The position numbers and the translations under genes were made by a program. Source: an uncultured Chloroflexia bacterium (lineage in GTDB: Bacteria; Chloroflexota; Anaerolineae; Aggregatilineales; Phototrophicaceae). From it: a stretch of 64,000 nucleotides of DNA. Below, piece after piece: positions 36,873-45,904 of this stretch (positions are counted from its first letter, which is position 1; every line of letters begins with the position of its first letter). The stretch covers positions 14,849 to 78,848 of the forward strand of contig CAWGYC010000016.1 in NCBI GenBank assembly GCA_963826685.1, written 5' to 3'. A model generated the notes under the pieces. It saw only the letters and a program-made list of their open reading frames with translations. It made no database searches and had not been told where the DNA came from.

Positions 36873-36901
36873 GATCCCGTTCGCATCGTCTCTCTACACC
36901 C

Positions 36902-36930
36902 TACTACAAGATCGATGGCGAAAAGTTCAC
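36902..36930 (-). promoter_or_regulatory. candidate ECF autoregulatory promoter
   Basis: Minus strand GTGAAC-ttttcgccatcgatct-TGTAGTA about 30 nt upstream of the sigma start; resembles ECF promoters with an AAC -35 and GTA -10. Confidence 0.5.
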
Positions 36931-36960
36931 GGATTTTGGGGGATTGTTTCGCGGTTGGTT

Positions 36961-37287
36961 TTACAGCTCGTCGATAATTTGCTGAATGAGGTGAACGGGA
37001 ATATCTGAGTGTTCAGATTTGGTGTAAATGGTCAGCAGTACAACGTGATCTTGCAGTTTCAGATAGTAGATGACGCGATAACCACCGCTCTTGCCGCGAG
37101 CAGCATCCCGATTTCTAACCCGCACTTTGTAAACCGGGTGACGAACGCCCGGCACTTGATCGCCGGGCGTTTCTCCTCGTTCAAGTTGATCCACCAGTGG
37201 GTGAAGGTCAGCCGAAATGTGAGGGTACTTTTTCTTTAGACGCTTCGCCGCCTGTTCGAAGTAAGTCGCGTATTCGACTTTAGCCAT
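36961..37287 (-). CDS. type II toxin, RelE/ParE family
   Basis: YKVRVRNRDAARGKSGGYRVIYY; 108 aa, basic. Confidence 0.88.
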   Translation of the reverse strand: MAKVEYATYFEQAAKRLKKKYPHISADLHPLVDQLERGETPGDQVPGVRHPVYKVRVRNRDAARGKSGGYRVIYYLKLQDHVVLLTIYTKSEHSDIPVHLIQQIIDEL

Positions 37288-37696
37288 TGGTCTCGTCAAT
37301 GCCTTCGGCGTCTTCGGCATCTAACGCCGCCCAAAGTTCACTGATTGGGTGAACATTGCCCGTCAACGCATCGTGCCACGCTTGGCGAAAACCTTCAACC
37401 GGATCGGGTTCAGCGTCATCAGCAGTTTCGACGACAGCGCTCCCCTGAACGATCCGCAGTTCTATTTCTTGGGCAAACGTGTTTCCCGCGGGATCGGTGC
37501 CGGTCACGTCCTTGAGCGCTTGCAGCAGCACGTCGTCAAGCTGATCTTCCAACGCTTCAAGCAGGTCTTCGACCGTCGCTGCGGTTTCGCCGTTCGCCAA
37601 AAGTTGGAGCACCGCGCGATATGCCGCCGCCGACAGTTCAATTGACAGTCGTACCGGGAGCCGCTCAGCCGGTTCGGACTCTGCATTTAACACCAT
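37280..37696 (-). CDS. putative cognate antitoxin (acidic)
   Basis: Upstream of and overlapping the toxin; acidic; C-terminal GFRQAWHDALTGNVHPISELW. Confidence 0.7.
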   Translation of the reverse strand: MVLNAESEPAERLPVRLSIELSAAAYRAVLQLLANGETAATVEDLLEALEDQLDDVLLQALKDVTGTDPAGNTFAQEIELRIVQGSAVVETADDAEPDPVEGFRQAWHDALTGNVHPISELWAALDAEDAEGIDETNG

Positions 37697-37730
37697 GAGG
37701 ATGTTTCCTCTGCCCAATTGAACGAAGTCA

Positions 37731-37751
37731 ACCTCATTCTAGCACGACTTG
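37731..37751 (-). promoter_or_regulatory. 21-bp element with extended -10 (TGcTAGAAT), copy 1
   Basis: ACCTCATTCTAGCACGACTTG is identical to 40082-40102; directly upstream of the antitoxin. Confidence 0.7.
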
Positions 37752-39167
37752 TTACGCCTTCGGACTCCACGTCATGTCTTTGTCGAGCGGGTAGACCGGG
37801 CGCGTGATCCGCTTGAAGGGCAGGCGCTCGATGTCCTGATCGACTGCGCCGGGGCTGAGCGCGAGCAAGGCTCTCGCCGCCGCCGCTTTGAGTTCCGGCA
37901 CCAGATAGCCGACCTTGACCACGACGATCTTGTGCTGGTTCGGCTGGATGCCGACCTTATGGAAGTCGGCGATGTAGTGGTACGGACGCCGCCGCTGGGC
38001 GACGATCACCAGTATGCCGCCGACCTCGACCACCGCCTGCCGCTCGTTGAGGTCGTCGGTCTTCACGAGCAGCACGACCTCGCCCTTCACCGGCAGCGGC
38101 TGGCTGGTCACCGGGTCGAGCTTGCCGCCGAGCGATAGCTCAACGATCTTGCCGACGCCCGCCTGATAGCAAATCTCGGTTGCCGGGGCGTCGCCGATGC
38201 AGGCGACCACCGCGTCGGGCACGTTGCGCGCGATCAGTCGTTCGAGGAAGATCGGCACGTCGCCCGCGCCGCCCGCCGTCGGGTTGTCGCCGCTGTCGCT
38301 GATGATCACCGGGTATTCGGGAGCCGCCATTGCCCAGCCGATACACTGGTCGATTGTGCCCGTCTGCACGCCAAAGGCGAACTGATCGCGGACGTCCCAG
38401 AAGCGCTGGGCGATCTTCTCGGCTTCGCCGCGCATGGCGGCATCGTCGGTGCCGCTGATCAGGACGTTGGCGCTGGCACGCGGCTCGTCCGCCCAGACGT
38501 AGCCGATGAAGATCGAGGCGTCGATCACGCCGTCAACCGCGTCGCTTTCCGGCAGCGCCGCGTAGAGCGATGCGCCCGGCTCCCATTCGGTGCTGGTCTT
38601 CTCGCCGGGGAGCACCACCGGGACGGTCAAGCGCAGGGTGTGCGGGCGCACGCCGAACCTGAGGCTCTGCATCAGTAGAGTGAAGGCGCGTTCACGGGTG
38701 TCCATGTAGTCGATATGGGGCGCGGTGCGGAAGGCGGTCAGCATGTCGAGCGCGTCGGCTTCGCGCTGCGAGATGTTGCCGTGCAGGTCAAAGCTGCCGC
38801 TGATCAGGCAGTCGGCGCCGACGACTTCGCGCGCCGCCGTGATCCAGTCGCCTTCGGCGTCATCCATGCCGATCACGTTCATCGCGCCGTGCATGTCGAG
38901 GAACACGCCGTCGAGCGGCAGGGCGGCTTTCAAGCCGTCGAGAAACTCGGTCTTGAGCGTCTGGTAAGCGCTGGCTTCGACCGGTCCGCCGGGGAGGGCG
39001 CGCGCTAGCACCACCGGGACGATCTCGGCGTCGGGGAACTTGCTCAGAAATGGGTATTGGGCGATCTGGTCGTCGCCGCGCCAGATGTGAAACCCTTCAA
39101 GGCGGGTCGGCAGCGGCGAGAAGGTGCAGCATTCGGTGGCGATGCCAGCGATAGCGATCCGAGTCAT
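37752..39167 (-). CDS. M81 family metallopeptidase (MlrC-like)
   Basis: IAGIATE, DGVFLDMHGAM, SFDLHGN, FRTAPHID, DSGDNPTAGG, VVKVG. Confidence 0.92.
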   Translation of the reverse strand: MTRIAIAGIATECCTFSPLPTRLEGFHIWRGDDQIAQYPFLSKFPDAEIVPVVLARALPGGPVEASAYQTLKTEFLDGLKAALPLDGVFLDMHGAMNVIGMDDAEGDWITAAREVVGADCLISGSFDLHGNISQREADALDMLTAFRTAPHIDYMDTRERAFTLLMQSLRFGVRPHTLRLTVPVVLPGEKTSTEWEPGASLYAALPESDAVDGVIDASIFIGYVWADEPRASANVLISGTDDAAMRGEAEKIAQRFWDVRDQFAFGVQTGTIDQCIGWAMAAPEYPVIISDSGDNPTAGGAGDVPIFLERLIARNVPDAVVACIGDAPATEICYQAGVGKIVELSLGGKLDPVTSQPLPVKGEVVLLVKTDDLNERQAVVEVGGILVIVAQRRRPYHYIADFHKVGIQPNQHKIVVVKVGYLVPELKAAAARALLALSPGAVDQDIERLPFKRITRPVYPLDKDMTWSPKA

Positions 39168-39270
39168 GGCGTCAGCTCCTTGCGTCAACAGTAAGCGTGT
39201 GTGCAGGGAGAATATGCCGCCAAACCGCGATCACTGCCACCAGTCCAGATGAAAAATCTAAGGTTGGTTA

Positions 39271-39720
39271 TCAAGCGTGGGCAGTCGGGTCATCCGTTTC
39301 GAAGCCTTCAGCAGCGGCGGCGTGGAGCTGCTGCTGATCAGCAGTGACGAAAATGAGGGGGAATTCTAAGGCTGACCGCACTTGCAGTGCCGACGCTAAG
39401 TGGATTGCATCCAGCGTACGCAGGGGATATTTCTCAGTCAAGTCTCCGGCGGAAAGCAAAATGCCGCGATGAACAGAGCTAATTTGATATTCCCGACGAA
39501 CGTGCAATGAAAAAGCCAGCTTGATCGCGTCCGCTTGCTCAACAGCCAAGCCTTCGCGGACACGGCGCGCCAACAACGAGCGCATTTCAGCAATCACGAT
39601 TTCTGATACGACGATGGTATTGCCTTCGCCCAGTACGATCCAGCTTTCTACCCATGCTGATCCAGCTTCAACAAGATAGCGTTTTGCCAATGCGCTGGTA
39701 TCGACGAAGTAGACGCTCAA
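39271..39720 (-). CDS. vapC: type II toxin VapC (PIN domain)
   Basis: YFVDTSALAKRY, E, LRTLDAIHLASA, FVTAD. Confidence 0.92.
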   Translation of the reverse strand: MSVYFVDTSALAKRYLVEAGSAWVESWIVLGEGNTIVVSEIVIAEMRSLLARRVREGLAVEQADAIKLAFSLHVRREYQISSVHRGILLSAGDLTEKYPLRTLDAIHLASALQVRSALEFPLIFVTADQQQLHAAAAEGFETDDPTAHA

Positions 39721-40052
39721 TAGTCGCCTCGATCCTCGTCGATCAGCACTTCAGAAGGTAAGGCATTTTCAGGCAGTGGTACCGGATGATCAGCAGGCTG
39801 AATACCTCTCGCCTCTAATGCGGCGATCTCCTCGTCCAGAGCACGCCAATCATCCACAAGCAACCCCGCTGCGCGCAATCGGGCAACCGCTTGATTGCGT
39901 TCCGCATCGGGTTCGGAAAGCAGACGCTCAGCGTCTGCTTCCATCAATTCACGGACGTAGCTCGTGAGGTCATCCAAGCCGCGCCGTTGCGCCAATTTCG
40001 TCATGCGGTCAAGGTCAACTTGATCGAGTTGTAGTTGAGGTTTTCCACTCAT
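39717..40052 (-). CDS. putative VapB-type antitoxin
   Basis: Acidic 111 aa overlapping vapC by 4 bp; ends SEVLIDEDRGDY. Confidence 0.75.
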   Translation of the reverse strand: MSGKPQLQLDQVDLDRMTKLAQRRGLDDLTSYVRELMEADAERLLSEPDAERNQAVARLRAAGLLVDDWRALDEEIAALEARGIQPADHPVPLPENALPSEVLIDEDRGDY

Positions 40053-40081
40053 ACTTCGTTACCCTGTAACCTATGTCTCCG

Positions 40082-40102
40082 ACCTCATTCTAGCACGACT
40101 TG
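40082..40102 (-). promoter_or_regulatory. 21-bp element with extended -10, copy 2
   Basis: Identical to 37731-37751; 30 nt upstream of the antitoxin start. Confidence 0.7.
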
Positions 40103-40124
40103 CGCCAACTCCCCTCAGCCGCTT

Positions 40125-40466
40125 TCACGCAAACTGCTCGGCGAAGTCGGCGACGGCTTGCTCCATCTGCTCGGCGTCGGGCGTTTCGTCGCCGTCGGCT
40201 GCGCTGGGCAGCAGCGCGACGATCCGCTCCAGCGCCGGTTTCATGTCGTCGTAAGCCTGCTTCGCCGTCGGTTCGTCGGCGATGAAGCGGGTGTGATACA
40301 GCCAGCCGTAAACCGTGCTGGTGATCGCGTAAGGCGCGCGCAGGCAGTCGCGCTCCAGCGTGATCCGCGCGCCGCCGTCGTGCTGCTCGTCGTCGGCGAT
40401 TTGCCCGCCTTCCGCGCCGGTCATGCCAATCGTCTCGCCGTCTTCGTAGGGGTGCCACTGGCTCAT
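40125..40466 (-). CDS. hypothetical protein (113 aa)
   Basis: MSQWHPYEDGETIGMTGAEGG...; ATGA overlap with the reconstructed VOC stop; GAGGA RBS. Confidence 0.75.
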   Translation of the reverse strand: MSQWHPYEDGETIGMTGAEGGQIADDEQHDGGARITLERDCLRAPYAITSTVYGWLYHTRFIADEPTAKQAYDDMKPALERIVALLPSAADGDETPDAEQMEQAVADFAEQFA

Positions 40467-40862
40467 AGCGTTTCCTCGTTGGGTTGGATCAATTCGATGC
40501 GGTTGCCAAACGGATCGCGCGTTTCGAAGCGCTCGTAGCCGGGGATCGGCACCGAGTCGCCGATCACTGCGCCGGATTCTGCGAGGCGGTCGCGCCAGTA
40601 GGTCGATGTCGCCGACTTGATAGGCGACGTGAGCTTTGGTCGTCAGGCGGTCGAATCCGTCCTCGGTGCCGACGTGAACTTGCTGATCGCCCAGTTCCAG
40701 CCAGAAGCCGCCGCGCCCTTGCAGCGACTCCGGCTTGGCGATCTCGCGCAAGCCGAGCACGCCGCAGTAGAAGGCGCGCCCGGCGTCCTCCGCGCCTTTC
40801 GGGATCGTGATCTGCACGTGGTTGATCCGGCTGATCGGCTTCAGCGTTCCAGCGTCCACCAC
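40463..40862 (-). CDS. VOC/glyoxalase family protein with apparent +1 frameshift near 40600
   Basis: INHVQITIP...FYCGVLGL...HVAYQV. Removing one C gives DIDYWRDRLAESG...RFETRDPFGNRIELIQ, the typical VOC C-terminus. Start uncertain. Confidence 0.75.
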
Positions 40863-41347
40863 AGATAGCCCCCTTTAATGCCGATGTTGGTCAGCCCCAG
40901 CTTTTCGAGGATGCGCTTCGACCCTTTATTGTCGGGTAGGCATTCGGCATTCAACTGCCGGACTTCCGGGTGCTCGAACGCCCAATTGACCAGCGCCGTC
41001 GTCGCCTCGAAGGTGTAGCCCTGCCGCCGGTAGCGCGGCGAAATGCCGTAGCCGATCTCGATCTCGCCGTGACTATCCGGCTTGCCCTTGAATCCCGCCG
41101 ACCCGAAGACAACCCGGTCGTGCGTGTGCATGATCAGCCACAGCCCCCAGCCGATCATGGTTGGGTCTTCGCGTAGTTGATAGTCGTAGTAGCTCAGCAG
41201 TCCGCGACCGTCTTCGTCCATCCATTCGTCGTCGAGATGCGCGCCGATCAGCGTTTCGAGCTGGCGCTTGCCCGCGCTCGCCGCGCGCGCGACCTGCTGC
41301 GGTACGGCGGTCAGCGTGAGCCGCTCGGTGATGATTTGAGGCGTCAT
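40841..41347 (-). CDS. GNAT N-acetyltransferase (RimJ/RimL-like)
   Basis: ITERLTL, EIEIGYGISPRYRRQGYTFEA, NKGSKRILEKLG. Confidence 0.9.
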   Translation of the reverse strand: MTPQIITERLTLTAVPQQVARAASAGKRQLETLIGAHLDDEWMDEDGRGLLSYYDYQLREDPTMIGWGLWLIMHTHDRVVFGSAGFKGKPDSHGEIEIGYGISPRYRRQGYTFEATTALVNWAFEHPEVRQLNAECLPDNKGSKRILEKLGLTNIGIKGGYLWWTLER

Positions 41348-41792
41348 GAGTGTTCCTCGCTGGTGGTTAAAGCCCGTTTACTACCCTCAGCGTATTGTAT
41401 TCCACTCGCAAAAGTGCTGACAACATTTCGCGCGGCGAGAGTAGGGCGGTTATTGGGGATATTGTCGAGTAGGGCACGGCGTGATGTTTGATGCCGATAG
41501 ATTATTAAAGGCAACGCCGGGCGCACACGCAGGTGCGCCCCTACAGCCCCTCACCCCCGCCCCCGCTCCCACACAAGCGGGGAGAGGGGAGACAAGCGGT
41601 GGTTTGAGAAGAAACATACTCGCACTCATTTGTAAAAGTGCATAAAACGCCACTGTGGTGTCGAGAAGCCACCAAATTTGACGACTTACCCTCGAAACAG
41701 ACGCAGGCACTCTCCCCTCCCTGAATTCGGGGAGGGGCTGGGGGTGGGGTCAAACCCGCCCGCTCGTCCCGCCTCCTGACCCTTCAAACTGC

Positions 41793-41821
41793 TTGACCGC
41801 CTGTTATTACCATGCTATGCT
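41793..41821 (+). promoter_or_regulatory. sigma-70-type promoter TTGACC-N17-TATGCT with extended TG
   Basis: Exact 17-nt spacing; upstream of the leader ORF and MFS gene. Confidence 0.65.
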
Positions 41822-41854
41822 GTGCCCATCTTTCGAATGAGGAGTAGCGCGAAT

Positions 41855-41911
41855 ATGTCAGTCTTCAGCCCAAAAGCATGGCTCAACGGATACCGTGAGG
41901 GTGCTGCCTAG
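41855..41911 (+). CDS. candidate 18-aa leader peptide MSVFSPKAWLNGYREGAA
   Basis: GAGGAG RBS at 41839-41844; between the promoter and the MFS gene. Confidence 0.45.
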   Translation: MSVFSPKAWLNGYREGAA

Positions 41912-42251
41912 TCTTCTGCGTTTGACCCGGATCACTGCTCCGGCGTGATTCGTTTTCCTCGCTAAGCTGAACGGTTGCCCCACGCGCGGCGGATGCTGCC
42001 GGTATCCCCTGTTTTCGCATTCCTACGACCCGTCCATTCTGACCTTTGGTGCTCGGTTGCTTGCGCTTATCTCCCCTCACCCTGCTTGCTGGCGCAAGCC
42101 GTCCCTCTCCCACGTAAACGGGGCGAGGGACAAAAGCCCCTGTTCTTCCCCCTCTCTCCGCTTGCGTGGGAGAGGGGGTCAGGGAGTGAGGGGTTGAAGA
42201 ACGGGCACCATTCGTTATCTACTCACCCTTGCGAGTGAGGCGCTGATCTCT

Positions 42252-43511
42252 ATGCGTTTGGCAAAATGGGACGCTTATCGCGTCTATCTGATCTTGAGCG
42301 GCGTTTCGTCGTTCGCGTTCGCGGTGATCTTCACGCTCAACCTTGTCTATCAAGGCGAGGTCGTCGGCTTGACGCCGCTCCAGCTCGTCCTCGTCGGGAC
42401 GACGCTGGAAATCACCGCGTTTTTGTTCGAAATCCCGACCGGCATCGTGGCTGATCTCTACAGCCGCCGCCTGTCGGTGCTGATCGGCTTCTTCCTGATC
42501 GGCGTGGGCTTCGTGATCGAGGGGTCGCTGCCGTTCTTCTGGGCGGTGCTGCTCAATCAAGTGATCTGGGGCATCGGCTCGACCTTCACCAGCGGCGCGC
42601 TCGAAGCGTGGATCGTCGACGAAGTCGGCGAGGCGCGCATGGGGCACACGCTGATGCGCGGCTCGCAAGCCGGGCAGATCGGCGGCATCGCCGGGATCAT
42701 CGTTAGCGTGGCGCTCGGCAGCATCACGCTGGCGCTGCCGGTGATCGCGGGCGGCGTGATCTTCATCGCGCTGACGGCGCTGCTGATCATGGTCATGCCG
42801 GAGAACGGCTTCAAGCCGCTTCCGCCTGACCAGCGCGGCTCGTCGTGGGCGTCGATGGCGCGCACCGTCCGCACGACCGTCAAGCTGGTGCGCCTGCGAC
42901 CGATGCTGGTGATGTTCTTGGCGGTCGGGCTGGTGCTCGGCTTGTACAGCGAGGGCTATGATCGCCTCTGGCGGGCGCACCTGCTCGACGACATCACGCT
43001 GCCCGCGCTGGGGACGCTTCAGCCGGTGGTCTGGTTCGGCATCATCAGCGGCGTGAGTATGCTGCTGGTGACGCTGATGACCGAGATCATCAGGCGGCGC
43101 GTCGACACCCATAATCAGCGCGCCGTCTCGCGGACGCTGGTCGCGCTCTACGGCGTGATCGTCGCGGCGCTGCTGATCTTCGGGCTGGCGGGCGAGTTTC
43201 CGCTGGCGCTGGCGGCGCTGTTGGTCGTCAACACGCTGCGCGGGACGACCGAGCCGCTGCTCTCGACGTGGACCAACCAGCACATCGACTCCAATATCCG
43301 CGCGACCATGCTGTCCAGCTTGGGGCAGATCGACGCCATCGGGCAGATCGGCGGCGGACCAATTGTTGGCTTGATCGGGGATCGGTGGGGGCTGCGGGCG
43401 GCGCTGAGCATCTGCGCGCTGCTGCTGGCGCCGGTCGTCGTGCTGATCGCGCGGGCGTCGCGCCGCGTGGTCGCCATGCCGGAGGCGGCGGACGTGGCGG
43501 CGGCGGACTAA
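42252..43511 (+). CDS. MFS transporter, DHA3 / TetA(P)-like
   Basis: LTPLQLVLVGTTLEITAFLFEIPTGIVADLYSRRLSV and GSTFTSGALEAW closely follow the TetA(P)-type N-terminus; about 12 TMs. Substrate not established. Confidence 0.88.
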   Translation: MRLAKWDAYRVYLILSGVSSFAFAVIFTLNLVYQGEVVGLTPLQLVLVGTTLEITAFLFEIPTGIVADLYSRRLSVLIGFFLIGVGFVIEGSLPFFWAVLLNQVIWGIGSTFTSGALEAWIVDEVGEARMGHTLMRGSQAGQIGGIAGIIVSVALGSITLALPVIAGGVIFIALTALLIMVMPENGFKPLPPDQRGSSWASMARTVRTTVKLVRLRPMLVMFLAVGLVLGLYSEGYDRLWRAHLLDDITLPALGTLQPVVWFGIISGVSMLLVTLMTEIIRRRVDTHNQRAVSRTLVALYGVIVAALLIFGLAGEFPLALAALLVVNTLRGTTEPLLSTWTNQHIDSNIRATMLSSLGQIDAIGQIGGGPIVGLIGDRWGLRAALSICALLLAPVVVLIARASRRVVAMPEAADVAAAD

Positions 43512-43657
43512 AAAATAACCCCACCCCCGACCCCTCCGGGCAACCTTCGGTTGCCTTTGCTTCAGGGAGGGGAGAGAGCAAAAACACCGAGCATCGGCGT
43601 TCGTTCTCCCCTCTCCCCGCTGGCGTGGGAGAGGGGTTGGGGGAGAGGGGGTAATCT

Positions 43658-44956
43658 TTACTGCGCGACAGTCGCTTCGGCGGTGACTTCCGGCGTCGGT
43701 TCAACCGTTGCTTCGGTCGTCATTTCGGCGGTGACTTCCGGCGTCGCGGTCGGCGCGATGGTCGGCAGCGGGGTCGGCGTCGCCGGGAGCGACTGCGCCG
43801 ACAGGTTCAGCGGCTCGATCACGGTGAAGGTGTTCATGACTTCCGCCAGCAAGATGTACGCCTGTGCGTCACTGTTGGCGCTGGCTTCGGGAGTCGCGTC
43901 GGCGCTGGGCGCGCTGAGCTGCACGGTGTTGAGGTCGATGCCGCTCGCCGAGAAGCGCAGGTTCGCCGTGTGCAGCGTGCCGTCGGCGCCGTTCAAGAGC
44001 ACGGAGAGTCCGCTTTGCTGGTCGCCGTCGACGGTCGTATAAGTGTAGGCGACCGAGAAACCCTGTCCCAGCCCGCGCGTAACCGGCGCGACGCTGACCA
44101 CGCTGATACCGCTGCGCTCGCTTTCGACGTAGGCGGTCGCGGCGGCTTGGTCAGCCACGCTTGTGTTCGCCCGCGACTCGACGCGCAGCAGGATGTTGCC
44201 TTGAGCGCTGGTGATGCTGGTCGGGCGACCGGGCGCGCTGTCCGTGACCGACCAATCCGCCGGGAAGCGGATGATGTGGCTCACGTCCGGGTCGTAGTAG
44301 GCGCTCCATTCCAGCGGCGTGCCCTGAAACTCGGTCTGCGGATCGAGCGAATTAACGAAGTTGTCGAGCAGGAAGCGCAGGTAATCGGTCGCGTTTTCGG
44401 GGACGAGCACGCGCACGACGTAAATCCACGTGCCATCCGTCCAGACGATCTGCCGGGCGACGAACGTCCGCGACTGAAGCACGACGCTGAAGTCGATCAC
44501 CAGCCGGTCGCCATCCATGCTGCGATTGGTTTCCTGCCACGTGCTGAAGTTCGCCCAACTCGCGTTGATCACCGCTTCATTGAAGTGAGCGGAAAGCTGA
44601 TCCGGCGTGATCGGCGTGCTGGGCGCTTCGACGTAGGCATCGACGACCGAAAGTTGGTTGTTGTTGATCAGGTTGACCTGAGCGATTGACTGACCCTTGT
44701 TCGGCTCGCTGGCAGTCCAGCCATCCGGCTGCCCGATGCTGAAAATGCCGCTCGGATGCAGGTAGACTTGGTTGAAGCTGATGCTGTTAAAGTCGGCGGG
44801 CGGCGGGGGGAAGGTGGCGAGTACGGTTGCCGTCGGCTCGACGGTGGTGGTCGTATTGCCGTTCGAGCGCAGCAGCGGCAGCACGACGCCCGCCGCCATC
44901 ACGATTGCTAAAAAGACACCCAGATAAATACTGGCTTGCTTACCGCTATTCTGCAT
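43658..44956 (-). CDS. membrane-anchored exported protein with two PsbP/DcrB-like repeats and Thr/Pro tail
   Basis: N-terminal TM; YLHPSGIFSIGQPDGW and YYDPDVSHIIRFPADW repeats. Confidence 0.75.
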   Translation of the reverse strand: MQNSGKQASIYLGVFLAIVMAAGVVLPLLRSNGNTTTTVEPTATVLATFPPPPADFNSISFNQVYLHPSGIFSIGQPDGWTASEPNKGQSIAQVNLINNNQLSVVDAYVEAPSTPITPDQLSAHFNEAVINASWANFSTWQETNRSMDGDRLVIDFSVVLQSRTFVARQIVWTDGTWIYVVRVLVPENATDYLRFLLDNFVNSLDPQTEFQGTPLEWSAYYDPDVSHIIRFPADWSVTDSAPGRPTSITSAQGNILLRVESRANTSVADQAAATAYVESERSGISVVSVAPVTRGLGQGFSVAYTYTTVDGDQQSGLSVLLNGADGTLHTANLRFSASGIDLNTVQLSAPSADATPEASANSDAQAYILLAEVMNTFTVIEPLNLSAQSLPATPTPLPTIAPTATPEVTAEMTTEATVEPTPEVTAEATVAQ

Positions 44957-45132
44957 AAGATTAAACTCCAAAGATCAGGGCGAAACCCGGCGAATCATAC
45001 CCCAAAAGCCGGGCGATGTTAAGTCGCGATGTCAAGCTGTGTAACCCTGTTTGCGGTAAAATGGGTTTCAGACGTCATACCGCCGACCCTTCATGACATT
45101 CAATCAAGTACCCATGTGAGGGAGATTACGCG

Positions 45133-45822
45133 ATGAGTGCGACTTTCGAGGGAAGATTATCCGACTCGCCTTACGTCGAAATTGTCTGGCGCGGGCGGGT
45201 CGAGCAAGATTATATGCCCGTTTGCCCCGCCGATAGTCACTGGAATTTTCTGTTCACCAAATACAACGGAAAAGTTAGCGTCACCGTCGAAGGCGCGGCA
45301 TCCAAAACCGTCACCAAGAATCAATTTGAAGGCGCAGAATACCTTGTCATCAAGCTTAAGCACGGCATCTTTATGCCCGCCATCCCCGCCAGCGATTTAG
45401 TCGATGGCGTGATCGGCTTGCCGGAGTCGACCGGCAAGTCTTTTTGGCTCAACTCGACCGCGTGGCAGCTTCCCAGCTTCGACAATGTCGAAACCTTCGT
45501 TGAACGCCTTGTCCGCGATGGCACGCTCGTCTGCGATCCGGTCGTCGCCGCCGAATTGGACGGGCATCCGCAAGCCTATTCTTCGCGCACCGTGCGCCGC
45601 CGCTTCTGGCAGGCGACCGGACTGACCCCGGTCTCGATCCGCCAAATCGAGCGCGCTAAACAGGCGGCGGCGCTGCTTGAGCAGGGCGTGCCGATTCTCG
45701 ATACGGTCTACGAGCTTGGCTACGCCGATCAGCCGCATCTGACTCGCTCGCTCAAGCGTTTCTACGGGCAAACGCCCGCGCAGATCGCCCAAACGACCTT
45801 GCCCTCAGTGCAATCGGGATAG
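45133..45822 (+). CDS. AraC-family HTH regulator (DUF6597-like)
   Basis: SDSPYVEIVW...RTVRRRFWQATGL...LGYADQPHLTRSLKRFYGQTP. Confidence 0.9.
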   Translation: MSATFEGRLSDSPYVEIVWRGRVEQDYMPVCPADSHWNFLFTKYNGKVSVTVEGAASKTVTKNQFEGAEYLVIKLKHGIFMPAIPASDLVDGVIGLPESTGKSFWLNSTAWQLPSFDNVETFVERLVRDGTLVCDPVVAAELDGHPQAYSSRTVRRRFWQATGLTPVSIRQIERAKQAAALLEQGVPILDTVYELGYADQPHLTRSLKRFYGQTPAQIAQTTLPSVQSG

Positions 45823-45823
45823 A

Positions 45824-45867
45824 TTGTCCATTTTATTCAAGACTTTGCGCTGCCGCTCCTTTATCCT
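45824..45867 (+). promoter_or_regulatory. candidate AraC operator plus -10, copy 2
   Basis: TTGTCCATTTTATTCAAGAC, 18 nt, TATCCT. Confidence 0.6.
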
Positions 45868-45904
45868 GAACGCATCAGGATCGACAATAAAAGGAGCAAA
45901 TCCG

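Noticed and set aside
36953-40102. Integron cassette array explanation for the TA modules
   Set aside because: No RYYYAAC/GTTRRRY attC-like palindromes recognised and no integrase in the window.
42252-43511. Calling the MFS gene a tetracycline resistance gene (tetA(P))
   Set aside because: Family resemblance only; the substrate cannot be inferred from motifs.
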